From positions 35,911-82,219 of the forward strand of contig CAYIMR010000002.1 in the NCBI GenBank assembly GCA_964364455.1: a DNA stretch of 46,309 bases. The letters run 5' to 3'. Origin of the DNA: an uncultured Planctomycetales bacterium. Its GTDB lineage: Bacteria > Omnitrophota > Gorgyraeia > Zapsychrales > Zapsychraceae. The first letter of the stretch is position 1. Every line of letters begins with the position of its first letter. A model generated the notes under the pieces. The model had not been told where the DNA came from, did not search any database, and was given only the letters and a program-made list of their open reading frames with translations. Below are positions 31,531 to 39,845 of this stretch, piece by piece. The translations under genes were made by a program, and so were the position numbers.

Positions 31531-32703
31531 ATGATCAAACGCGCCCTGGAAACAACGTTAAAACAAGCGGCCAGGCAGTATCCGGTCGTGCTCTTGACGG
31601 GCCCCCGGCAATCCGGGAAAACGACTTTGTGCCGGGCAGTTTTTCACGGCAAGCCCTATATTTCTTTTGAAAATCCCGATTACTGCGAGTTTGCCCGGAA
31701 AGATCCACGCGGTCTCCTGGACAAATACGGTGAAGGCGCGATTTTTGACGAAGTCCAGCGTTGTCCCGATATCCTGTCTTACCTCCAGGGGATTGTGGAC
31801 GAGCATCCCGGTAACGGCCGATATATCCTCACCGGCAGCCAGAATATCCTCCTTTTAAAATCCGTCCAGCAATCTTTGGCGGGGCGCGTTGCCATTTTAA
31901 GACTGCCGCCTTTTTCTTATAGCGAAGCGGCCAAAACTTTAGCGTCATATTCTTTGGACAAGATTTTGTATGCCGGCGGTTATCCCCGTATTTTTGACCA
32001 GAAGCTTGAGCCCGCCGATTACCTTCGCAATTACACCGCCAGTTATCTTGAGCGCGATGTGCGGGAGATCATCCACGTGAAAAATCTTTCCAGTTTCCAG
32101 AAATTTTTGAAGCTCTGCGCCGGGAGGGTTGGACAGATATTGAATTTATCGAGTATCGGCAATGACCTGGGGATCTCTCATACGACGATCAGGGAATGGC
32201 TGTCAGTTCTGGAAACCAGCTATATTGTCTATCTTTTGCCGGCGTATTACCGCAACTTCAAGAAACGTATCGTCAAGTCGCCCAAATTATATTTTCATGA
32301 TGTCGGACTGGCTTCCTATCTTTTGGGGATAGAAAGTTCCGAATATATGAGCCGGGATTCGTTAAGAGGAAATTTATTCGAGAATTATGTGGTAACCGAG
32401 ACAATCAAACATTTTTGGTCCCACGGCCGCAATGCCCCGCTTTATTTTTTCAGGGATAATATCGGTAATGAGGTGGACCTGCTTATTGAAAAAGCGCGTC
32501 AGGTCGCCGCCATCGAGATCAAGGCGGGGCAAACAGTCAACAGTGACTGGTTTAAAGGGCTGGAATATCTCAAGCGGGTGATGGGGAAAACGGTTTTATC
32601 GCGGCATCTGGTTTACGCCGGCAAAGAGGAATACGTAAGGGAAGGGACACAGGTCCTGTCCTTTCGCGGCGTCAGCGGGATGGTTGGATCGATAGAAAAA
32701 TAG
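31531..32703 (+). CDS. AAA_14/DUF4143-family ATPase
   Basis: Walker A GPRQSGKTT, DEVQRCPD (Walker B-like), LTGSQN and a C-terminal DUF4143-like region. Confidence 0.85.
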   Translation: MIKRALETTLKQAARQYPVVLLTGPRQSGKTTLCRAVFHGKPYISFENPDYCEFARKDPRGLLDKYGEGAIFDEVQRCPDILSYLQGIVDEHPGNGRYILTGSQNILLLKSVQQSLAGRVAILRLPPFSYSEAAKTLASYSLDKILYAGGYPRIFDQKLEPADYLRNYTASYLERDVREIIHVKNLSSFQKFLKLCAGRVGQILNLSSIGNDLGISHTTIREWLSVLETSYIVYLLPAYYRNFKKRIVKSPKLYFHDVGLASYLLGIESSEYMSRDSLRGNLFENYVVTETIKHFWSHGRNAPLYFFRDNIGNEVDLLIEKARQVAAIEIKAGQTVNSDWFKGLEYLKRVMGKTVLSRHLVYAGKEEYVREGTQVLSFRGVSGMVGSIEK

Positions 32704-32837
32704 AGCCGGGATATTTCTTGCCCTGATACTCGACCGCTGCGGCCGGGATGCGCGATGGGCGAAGCTCAAACAGGGAATGCCCATATTGATATGGTAATGA
32801 ATGTGGTAATCTCTACGGTGAAGGCGGCCTTGCCCGT

Positions 32838-32942
32838 AACGAATACAAGCGCCGTCAGGGGCCGCCGGGGGTCAAAATTATCCCCCGCGCCTTTGGGAAA
32901 GACTGGCGCCTGCCGATCACGAATAAATACCGGGAGAGTTGA
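32838..32942 (+). pseudogene. orphan diverged copy of the last 34 codons plus stop of nadE
   Basis: Aligns base for base with 31370-31474 at about 90% identity. The 11 single-base differences are mostly at third codon positions (2 amino-acid changes: I to V, T to I). It encodes [34 protein letters not shown]. Confidence 0.8.
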
Positions 32943-33228
32943 AATTTTTTTGCACTTACGGCTGGCCGTATGTTACAGTGGCTCGCGACGGTTTTGAGTA
33001 TTTTGAAGAAGGTGCATGGGTATGAATGACTTGGTTGATTTCAATGTATGACAATGGAAAAGATAGCGAAGGCGATTGTAACCCTTGAGTGAGCAAGGAG
33101 TTATGAAAGCATAGCAATACCTCCCCTTGATTCAGCGTGCGCAGAAGCAGTCTTGATCTCACCCCCTCCAAGAATCAAATTGGTATTTTCGTGTCAAAAT
33201 CAACTTTATAATCGTATTCAAATCTTCA

Positions 33229-33269
33229 TTGACAAGCTATAGGCTTGACGCTATAGTTGCGTTATAGCG
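33229..33269 (+). promoter_or_regulatory. promoter plus palindromic operator of the ArsR operon
   Basis: TTGACA (33229-33234), 17 nt, TATAGT (33252-33257). The perfect inverted repeat CGCTATA-n7-TATAGCG (33249-33269) overlaps the -10. Confidence 0.55.
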
Positions 33270-33294
33270 CAAGTATGCAATGCAGGAGGAAACT

Positions 33295-33672
33295 ATGTTA
33301 AAAGAGACAGAGATTCTAAAAGCCTTGGGAGAAACAACGAGACTCCGCATTATGAGGCTTCTTTTGGAAACAAAAAAAGAAATTTGCGGATGTGAATTTG
33401 TGGATTCTCTGGAAATCCCACAGTATAACCTTACCAAACATATCGATATCCTTTTTCACGCTGGTCTCGTCAAAATTAGGAAGGAAGGGCGATGGGTTTA
33501 TTATTCAGCTCAAACGGATGGGTCAACTTTTTGTCGGCTTGTTTGCGAAGGAATTTTAAAGGCCACAGATAATGTTTATATTGATGATTTGAGGAGGTTT
33601 AAACATAGGATGACACTACGTCAAGGAGGGAAATGCCTCTTGGGTATTCAGAATAAAAAATTTAGGACATAA
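33295..33672 (+). CDS. ArsR/SmtB-family metal(loid)-responsive repressor
   Basis: LKALGETTRLRIMRLL..EICGCEF has the HTH with a CxC at the position of the ArsR ELCVCDL site. AGGAGG lies 6 nt upstream of ATG 33295. Confidence 0.88.
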   Translation: MLKETEILKALGETTRLRIMRLLLETKKEICGCEFVDSLEIPQYNLTKHIDILFHAGLVKIRKEGRWVYYSAQTDGSTFCRLVCEGILKATDNVYIDDLRRFKHRMTLRQGGKCLLGIQNKKFRT

Positions 33673-33673
33673 T

Positions 33674-34570
33674 ATGTCGTTACCCGAAATCGTATATAAA
33701 ACCCTGAATGAATTTGTCTCTTTGACCTTAACGGTTATCCCTTACTTTATTCTAGGAAGCGCCTTTGGTGCCTTGATCAGATCTCACCTGAAACCAAATT
33801 TCGCTTACAAATATCTAAATAGCGGAACTTCTTCTGTAGTAAATGCGAGTATATTGGGGGCAATTCTTCCCGGATGCGCTTGTGCCACTATCCCTATGGC
33901 GGAGGGTTTGAAGGAAAAAGGGGCAAGGATTGGTACAGTTGCCGCATTTATAATGGTATCTCCGCTTTTGAGCCCTCAAACCGTCATCCTAACCTATGCC
34001 TTGCTTGGCTGGAAGTTTAGTCTTGCCAGAGTGGTCTTTTCTTTAGCCGGTGCGATCATCCTGGGAATAGCATTCAATTATTTTGAGAAAAATAAAATTA
34101 AGGGATTTGTTTCCCCTGACAAATTTTCATATGCTGAATGCAAATCATGTCCGCCAGCATACGAAGTAGGAAAAATAGGTTTTTGGAAGAGCTTTCTCGC
34201 CATCGTTAAAGAATTGGGTAAATATTTTCTTCTGGGGATGTTTATAGCAAGTCTGTTGACCGTCATTATTCCTGAGGAAACTATACCGAAATACATCGGT
34301 TCATCCGGATGGTTTGCGTATTTTGTCGCCGTTTTATTAGGCATCCCCATATACATATGTGAAGGCGAGGAGATCCCAATTACCTTGGCACTTTTAAAAC
34401 TCGGTCTAGGCAGCGGTCCTGCGTTTAGTTTCCTTTTAGGTTCGGTGGGAACATGCATTCCTACCATGATCATGGCGCAAAAGGTTATTGGCAGGAAGCC
34501 GGTTCTTTTTTACATCGTTTACTGGTTTTTATTTGCCGTTGGAGCAGGGTTAATATTTAGCCTATTTTAG
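33674..34570 (+). CDS. ArsP_1/DUF318-family permease
   Basis: Polytopic membrane protein. ILPGCACATIPMAEGL matches the P-x-C-x-C-x-x-P motif of this family. Confidence 0.75.
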   Translation: MSLPEIVYKTLNEFVSLTLTVIPYFILGSAFGALIRSHLKPNFAYKYLNSGTSSVVNASILGAILPGCACATIPMAEGLKEKGARIGTVAAFIMVSPLLSPQTVILTYALLGWKFSLARVVFSLAGAIILGIAFNYFEKNKIKGFVSPDKFSYAECKSCPPAYEVGKIGFWKSFLAIVKELGKYFLLGMFIASLLTVIIPEETIPKYIGSSGWFAYFVAVLLGIPIYICEGEEIPITLALLKLGLGSGPAFSFLLGSVGTCIPTMIMAQKVIGRKPVLFYIVYWFLFAVGAGLIFSLF

Positions 34571-34571
34571 A

Positions 34572-35522
34572 ATGAAAAACAGCACTCTGTTTTGGTTATT
34601 TTGCATGATGGTTTTTATTCCTGTCTTAGCGGAAGCAGGGTCTTTCCAGATTTCGGGTGGTATTGACGGAAGATATACTAATACAAACGGAAATGAGCAT
34701 GATGCACAACTGGAAGGCCTTTTTTTGAACTTAAGAAAGATATTTAGTGATAGTAAGGGTGACCGTTTGATTGCCGTTGCTCAAGTAGATGCAGATCACA
34801 ATCTTAAAGAGGTCAAGCCGTATCAAACCTATCTTCAGTACAAAGGGCCTTTGGGAAAATGGAATATCCGGGCAGGGCATTATATTCTTCCTTTTGGGCT
34901 GTTATCAGATTTTGATAGCGAACGGCTTGTTCTTCGGACTCTGGAGCCGTTGAGTTTAGGGATTAAATTGGATACGGGTGTCGAGCTGTTGGGATATATC
35001 AAGGACTTGGATTATGCCGTTTCCATTAGTCAAGGTGTAGGACGAAACAGATTAACTGATGTCGATAACGATAAACTTGTCACCGCAAGAATCGGCTGGC
35101 AAGGGGAAGATATCAATGTTGGTTTATCCGGCTTGATCGGTAATGTATTAACTGAAAAAGATTCTATAATTCGTGAGGATTTAGGAACGAACAACTTTTA
35201 TGCGAAACGTTTAGGGGTTGATATTACCAGACACGCCGGACCTTTGATTTTAAGATCGGAGTTTATAATCGGCGAAGATGGCGATGAAACCGTAAGAGGC
35301 GGCATCGCCAAAGCTGATTATGCCCTGACTTCAAAATTAGAACTAAATTTAAAATATGCCTATTGGCAGAGAAATGGTGATAGAAATTTTGTCGGAGCGG
35401 GATTCTCCTATGAACTGCAAAAAGGGCTGTTTTTCAGAATCGGAAATGAACATGAATTTGGTAAGGAGAGCAAAAATGTCGCTACAGTACAGACATACTT
35501 TGAGTTTGCCAAACAGTTTTAA
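34572..35522 (+). CDS. outer-membrane beta-barrel (porin-like) protein
   Basis: Signal peptide ending VLAEA. The sequence alternates beta-strand patterns and ends in the C-terminal aromatic residue ...FAKQF. Confidence 0.6.
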   Translation: MKNSTLFWLFCMMVFIPVLAEAGSFQISGGIDGRYTNTNGNEHDAQLEGLFLNLRKIFSDSKGDRLIAVAQVDADHNLKEVKPYQTYLQYKGPLGKWNIRAGHYILPFGLLSDFDSERLVLRTLEPLSLGIKLDTGVELLGYIKDLDYAVSISQGVGRNRLTDVDNDKLVTARIGWQGEDINVGLSGLIGNVLTEKDSIIREDLGTNNFYAKRLGVDITRHAGPLILRSEFIIGEDGDETVRGGIAKADYALTSKLELNLKYAYWQRNGDRNFVGAGFSYELQKGLFFRIGNEHEFGKESKNVATVQTYFEFAKQF

Positions 35523-36054
35523 AGTCTTTCTAATTGCTACTGCCTTTTTATCTATCTCATCGGCGGTATTTGCCGAGGTTTGTGTATGGAGAAATCCGGA
35601 AAGAACGATGACCCAGATTTTCCCGGAGGCCGGTGATTATAAGACAATCACGAAAGCTATCAGCGCCGAAGAAAGAATGGCGATTGAACAAAAGCTGGGA
35701 GCAACACTATCCGAAGACGAAAGTCAAGAGTGGATCTATTACGAAATAACGGACGGTCGAGGGGAGCCGCTGGGTTTTATCACCGCGGACGCAGAAAAGG
35801 GAGAATACGGTGTCATCGAAATGGTCATGGGTATAACGCCTGATGGAAAAGTCAAAGGAGTTTATATCCAAAGGTCTAGGGAAAAGGATACAGTGTTTAA
35901 ATCCAAACCCTTCCTAGACCAGTTCATTAATAAAACGGTTAGTGATTCTTTAGAACTTGGGAAGGATATTAAAGCATCCGAGGAATCAATGCCGGTCAAA
36001 CTGGTAGTTTTTGGCGTAAAGAAGATGTTGATCTTTTATGATCAGTTAAATTAA
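35476..36054 (+). CDS. secreted FMN_bind-like domain protein (no obvious SGAT flavinylation motif)
   Basis: RBS AAGGAG lies before ATG 35476. Signal peptide LSISSAVFAEV. GVIEMVMGITPDGKVKGVYIQRSREK resembles the FMN_bind core of NosR/RnfG-type domains. Confidence 0.55.
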   Translation: MSLQYRHTLSLPNSFKVFLIATAFLSISSAVFAEVCVWRNPERTMTQIFPEAGDYKTITKAISAEERMAIEQKLGATLSEDESQEWIYYEITDGRGEPLGFITADAEKGEYGVIEMVMGITPDGKVKGVYIQRSREKDTVFKSKPFLDQFINKTVSDSLELGKDIKASEESMPVKLVVFGVKKMLIFYDQLN

Positions 36055-36066
36055 AGGGGAGGAACC

Positions 36067-36444
36067 ATGATCATTAGGGGAAAATTCTTAATGTTACTTT
36101 TGGCCTTATCAATAACACAATGCGGATGTGCCGACCATGCCAAATTCAATAAAATCCAATTCGGGCAGGCGATACCCGAAAATGTCGAACTTGTCAAACT
36201 GAAACAAATCATGGAAGAACCAGCAACATACAATAATAAGGAAGTCCTGCTGGAGGGGCAGTTCGCCGGAATTTGTTGCGAGAGCGATTTCTTTTACAAA
36301 GAGGATTTTGAAACAATCGAGCTTTCTCCACAGGGTTTCCCGTCACCCAAATTGATCGTAGGGACACCGATCAGGGCTTATGGCATTGCCAGGGTTTCCG
36401 GCGATAGGATCCGGGTTGAAGTAAAGGGGGTAGAGGTAAAATGA
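36067..36444 (+). CDS. small exported Cys-containing protein, possible lipoprotein
   Basis: Signal peptide with QCGC, and an internal GICCESDFF. GGGGAGG RBS upstream. Its stop overlaps the next gene start (ATGA). Confidence 0.5.
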   Translation: MIIRGKFLMLLLALSITQCGCADHAKFNKIQFGQAIPENVELVKLKQIMEEPATYNNKEVLLEGQFAGICCESDFFYKEDFETIELSPQGFPSPKLIVGTPIRAYGIARVSGDRIRVEVKGVEVK

Positions 36445-37601
36445 CATTCCTTTCACTGGCTTTTAAAAATCTTCAACGGCATAAAATTCGCACCATCCTT
36501 ACGGCTTCAGGCATAGCCATTGCCGCAGCGACATTGTTTTCTATCCTTTCGTTCGACCGTGGTTATAAGACGGCGTTAGAAGAGGAGATTTTAGGTTCTG
36601 GCATTCATATGTTTGTTTCAACCGAAGGGTGTCCTCTCGAAGCCGCATCCTTGATTATTAGAGGAGGAGAAATTCCGCGGTTTTTGCCGATGAGTAGTTT
36701 GGAAATTGTAAAAAAGGTGGAAGGAGTTAAGGAAGCGGGAGGATTTTTGATATTTTCTATTACTGCTCCTGACGGCTCGAAGGTGGATCTTTTTTACGGG
36801 ATCACCGAGGATGTTCTTAAGCTAAAGCCAAATTGGGAAATTAGGGGAAACTGGTTTAAGGATGAAAATTCCATCATTCTTGGTTCTGAAGTCGCGCTGC
36901 TGGAAAAACGGGATGTCGGCGATAAGGTTTACATTGAAAGCATTGATAAAGAATTTATGGTCTCCGGTATTTTGGAGAAAACTTTCGGACAGGACGATGG
37001 TTTTTATTTTCTTCCCATCGAAACAGCACAAAAATATTTTAAAAAGGAAGGCAAACTCACGGCCATCGGCGTTCAGCTGTTTGATCCGACTAAAATGGTC
37101 GATGTAAAAACAGAATTGGAGAAACTTCCGGAAACCTATGTGGTTCCTTCAGAGCAGATGAGTAAGGAGATACTTACGTTGGTTGGGGGCACTAAAGCTC
37201 TCATGCATTCCATTCTTTATATTGTGTTAATTGTAAGCACATTAGGTCTGTTAAATACCATTTTAATGGCTACCTTTGAGAGGCAAAAGGAATTTGGCTA
37301 TTTGAGATGTGTCGGCGCAGGGAGGAAAGATATCCTAAAGTTGATTTTCTTAGAGACACTGATTCTGTGTACCGCCGGAGGACTTTTGGGTTTATTGCTT
37401 GGCTTTGTCCTTTCCTCTGGCATGGATCAGTGGGTACGTCAATTCCTGCCTTATGTTCCCGCCGGAAAACTCTTAAGGCCGAATGCAATTGTATTCTTGT
37501 TGTCAATAGGCATAGTCCTAAGCCTTGGCTTACTAGCAGGTCTTTTCCCGGGATACAGGGCATCGCGGGTATCACCAATGGAGGCCATCAGAAATGAGTA
37601 A
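36441..37601 (+). CDS. ABC transporter permease, FtsX/MacB type
   Basis: LAFKNLQRHKIRTILTASGIAIAAA at the N-terminus, a periplasmic domain, and a C-terminal FtsX 3-TM bundle ending PMEAIRNE. Confidence 0.88.
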   Translation: MTFLSLAFKNLQRHKIRTILTASGIAIAAATLFSILSFDRGYKTALEEEILGSGIHMFVSTEGCPLEAASLIIRGGEIPRFLPMSSLEIVKKVEGVKEAGGFLIFSITAPDGSKVDLFYGITEDVLKLKPNWEIRGNWFKDENSIILGSEVALLEKRDVGDKVYIESIDKEFMVSGILEKTFGQDDGFYFLPIETAQKYFKKEGKLTAIGVQLFDPTKMVDVKTELEKLPETYVVPSEQMSKEILTLVGGTKALMHSILYIVLIVSTLGLLNTILMATFERQKEFGYLRCVGAGRKDILKLIFLETLILCTAGGLLGLLLGFVLSSGMDQWVRQFLPYVPAGKLLRPNAIVFLLSIGIVLSLGLLAGLFPGYRASRVSPMEAIRNE

Positions 37602-38280
37602 AATCATTGAATTAAATAATGTCATAAAGTTGTATCAAAGGGGCAACGAGAAGGTTCATGCTCTGGATGGTATAAGTTTATCAATTGAAGAAGGTGAGCT
37701 TGTTGCTGTGGTGGGGCCCTCAGGTTCCGGCAAGACAACTTTTTTGAACATGATCGGATGTGTTGATAAACCAACCTCCGGCTCTGTTCATTTGAACGGC
37801 CAGGAAACGACAGACTTCAAAGACAAAGAATTGACACACATCAGGTCAAAAACGATTGGATTTATTTTTCAACAGTTTTTTCTTCTGCCGACATTAACGG
37901 CGCTGGAGAATATTCAACTGCCAGCCCTTTTCATCGCCAATAGAAAGGAGAAAATAAAGGAACGATCCAGGGAGGTGCTTGAACTGGTAGGTTTGGCTAA
38001 TCGTTCAAACCATTTACCTTCGCAATTGTCAGGCGGTGAGATGCAAAGGGTAGCCATAGCCAGAGCCCTTGTCAATGACCCCAAGATTCTTTTAGCAGAT
38101 GAGCCAACGGGTAATCTTGATTCTCACAATGCCCAAATAATGCTAGAACTCTTAAGAAAGTTGAACCGACAAGGAATCACTGTCATTATTGTTACCCATA
38201 ATTTGGAGCTCGCAAAGTCAGCCCAAAGAATTCTAAGCTTGAAAGACGGGAAAATTACGACGCAAGTCTCTTTTTCTTGA
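37594..38280 (+). CDS. ABC transporter ATP-binding protein (MacB/LolD-like)
   Basis: [24 protein letters not shown] and [11 protein letters not shown]. Confidence 0.95.
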   Translation: MSKIIELNNVIKLYQRGNEKVHALDGISLSIEEGELVAVVGPSGSGKTTFLNMIGCVDKPTSGSVHLNGQETTDFKDKELTHIRSKTIGFIFQQFFLLPTLTALENIQLPALFIANRKEKIKERSREVLELVGLANRSNHLPSQLSGGEMQRVAIARALVNDPKILLADEPTGNLDSHNAQIMLELLRKLNRQGITVIIVTHNLELAKSAQRILSLKDGKITTQVSFS

Positions 38281-38291
38281 AGGATTAGGAA

Positions 38292-38872
38292 ATGAACGCG
38301 AATCTACGCAAAGCTGTTACTGTTGTTGCTTCCCTGAATTTGGCCTATTTTGGTGTTGAATTTGCGGTTGCTTCGGCCATCGGCTCGGTTTCGCTTTTCG
38401 CCGACAGTATTATTTTTTGGAAGATACCTCACTCAATTTTTTGATCGCTATCGCGCTGGGATGGAGCGCAACTAACCGGGCTCGCTTGGGAATGGTCCTT
38501 GCTGGCATTTTGCTCATCCCTGGTCTCGCTACACTGTGGACAGCGTGGCAGAAGTTCATGGCTCCGTTGCCGCCTGCGCCTGTTCCTCTATCGCTGGCCG
38601 GTGTTGGTGCCCTGGCTGTCAATTTGTCATGTGCGTTTATTTTAGTTCGTTTCCGTATACACAGCGGTAGTTTGACGCGGGCGGCATTTTTGTCGGCTCG
38701 AAATGATGCCTTAGCGAATATTGCAATTATTGCGGCTGGATTCATGACAGCCTACACGCTTTCCGGATGGCCTGACTTAATCGTTGGGCTTGGGATTATG
38801 GCAATGAACGCTCATGCCGCACAAGAAGTCTGGAACGTCGCACATGAAGAACACCGGGCGGCAAATGCTTGA
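38292..38872 (+). pseudogene. short cation diffusion facilitator (CDF) gene with a 1-nt frameshift
   Basis: From ATG 38292 the frame reads ..GSVSLFADSIIFWKIPHSIF*. The shifted frame from 38417 continues with EDTSLNFLIAIALGW.., which is the expected CDF TM2 continuation (ADS-x-DFLEDTS). The shift is near 38411-38418. Confidence 0.7.
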
Positions 38873-39145
38873 ACAGAGTTCGAATAGTTGAATCACGCTT
38901 GTTTATTAAAGAAAGCGAAAGAGTTGAGACGTCTTAATTCCTCTTTATTTTGCCTCAATAATTAATTATACTTAATCTCAATCAATTAAAAGCGTCGAAA
39001 TTAATATAATCACGTATGACTACACCAAAAAAAATTTATATTTGGACAGCGGGATGACAGATGAATGAGCACGATGTTTTATGATATTTAAACCGTAAGC
39101 TTGGATAATGCATGATGCTGAAATTTCTTATCATTGAGGTGCGTG

Positions 39146-39346
39146 ATGGCATTTAGCCCGAAATACACTATAACTCCGAAGATCAATAAGGCGCTCGTGG
39201 AGATCGAGCGGGTGCGGGGGTTCCTGGACGCGGTCAAGCTCAAGGACGACTGGATCGCCGATATGCAGAAAAAGGCGCTTATCCTTGAGTCGCACCATTC
39301 CACGCATATCGAAGGCACGGCCTTAAGCCTTGAGCAGGCACAATAA
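39146..39346 (+). pseudogene. N-terminal fragment of a Fic-family protein (Fic_N region only)
   Basis: KINKALVEIERVRGFLD...ESHHSTHIEGTALSLEQA then a stop. There is no Fic core (HPFxxGNGR) downstream. Confidence 0.55.
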
Positions 39347-39556
39347 GGGACAAATTTACTGTGACATACTGTGACACGCTACTGTGACATGTAATGTTTT
39401 TTATTAATCAGATGTATCTGTATGCTTCTCAATTGGTTAGGTGTATATTCGTGGAGGCCAGACAAGCCGGAATTTTAGGTTGAATTCTGCGGGGAAAATC
39501 GGTACAATAAAAACGCTAGATTTTGGGATATTGTTGAATAAATAGAGGAGAAAAAC

Positions 39557-39592
39557 ATGCCGGTTATTTCGATATTTTATTGGAATTTATGA
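39557..39592 (+). pseudogene. 11-codon remnant of a DUF4160 gene
   Basis: MPVISIFY matches the conserved DUF4160 start (MPxISxFYGI). The ORF stops after 11 codons and keeps an ATGA overlap with the DUF2442 gene. Confidence 0.35.
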
Positions 39593-39828
39593 ATCCAAGA
39601 GTCAAAGACGTTAAGTCCAGTGTCGATTATACCCTGACCATTCTTTTTGATAATGGAGAGCGGAAGGTCTTTGATGTGAAGCCTTATCTGGATAAGGGAA
39701 TTTTCAGGGAATTAAAAGACCCGAAGGTTTTTAATGCTGTCCGGCCTTTTTTGGGAAGCATTGAGTGGCCCCACGGTCAGGATTTTTGTCCAGACACGCT
39801 TTATTTGGAAGCGGTGGCATTGAAGTAA
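39589..39828 (+). CDS. DUF2442-family protein
   Basis: VKDVKSSVDYTLTILFDNGERKVFDVKPYLDKGIF..L is the typical DUF2442 pattern. Confidence 0.75.
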   Translation: MNPRVKDVKSSVDYTLTILFDNGERKVFDVKPYLDKGIFRELKDPKVFNAVRPFLGSIEWPHGQDFCPDTLYLEAVALK

Positions 39829-39845
39829 TTAATGAGAAAACCAGC

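Noticed and set aside
35356-35475. Upstream 40 codons of the FMN_bind-like ORF (track start 35356).
   Set aside because: This part overlaps the C-terminal coding region of the OMP gene. ATG 35476 has an AAGGAG RBS and is followed directly by a signal peptide.
31475-39840. Integrase, transposase or IS ends that would define the accessory region as a discrete mobile element.
   Set aside because: No recombinase-like ORF (tyrosine or serine recombinase, or DDE) and no terminal inverted repeats were found. Only the nadE 3' duplication suggests an integration history.
39765-39845. Upstream extension of gltB (track start 39765) overlapping the DUF2442 gene.
   Set aside because: The conserved GltB N-terminus (..FEHDSCGVGF) begins shortly after ATG 39846. 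The upstream 27 codons overlap the end of the DUF2442 ORF in another frame.
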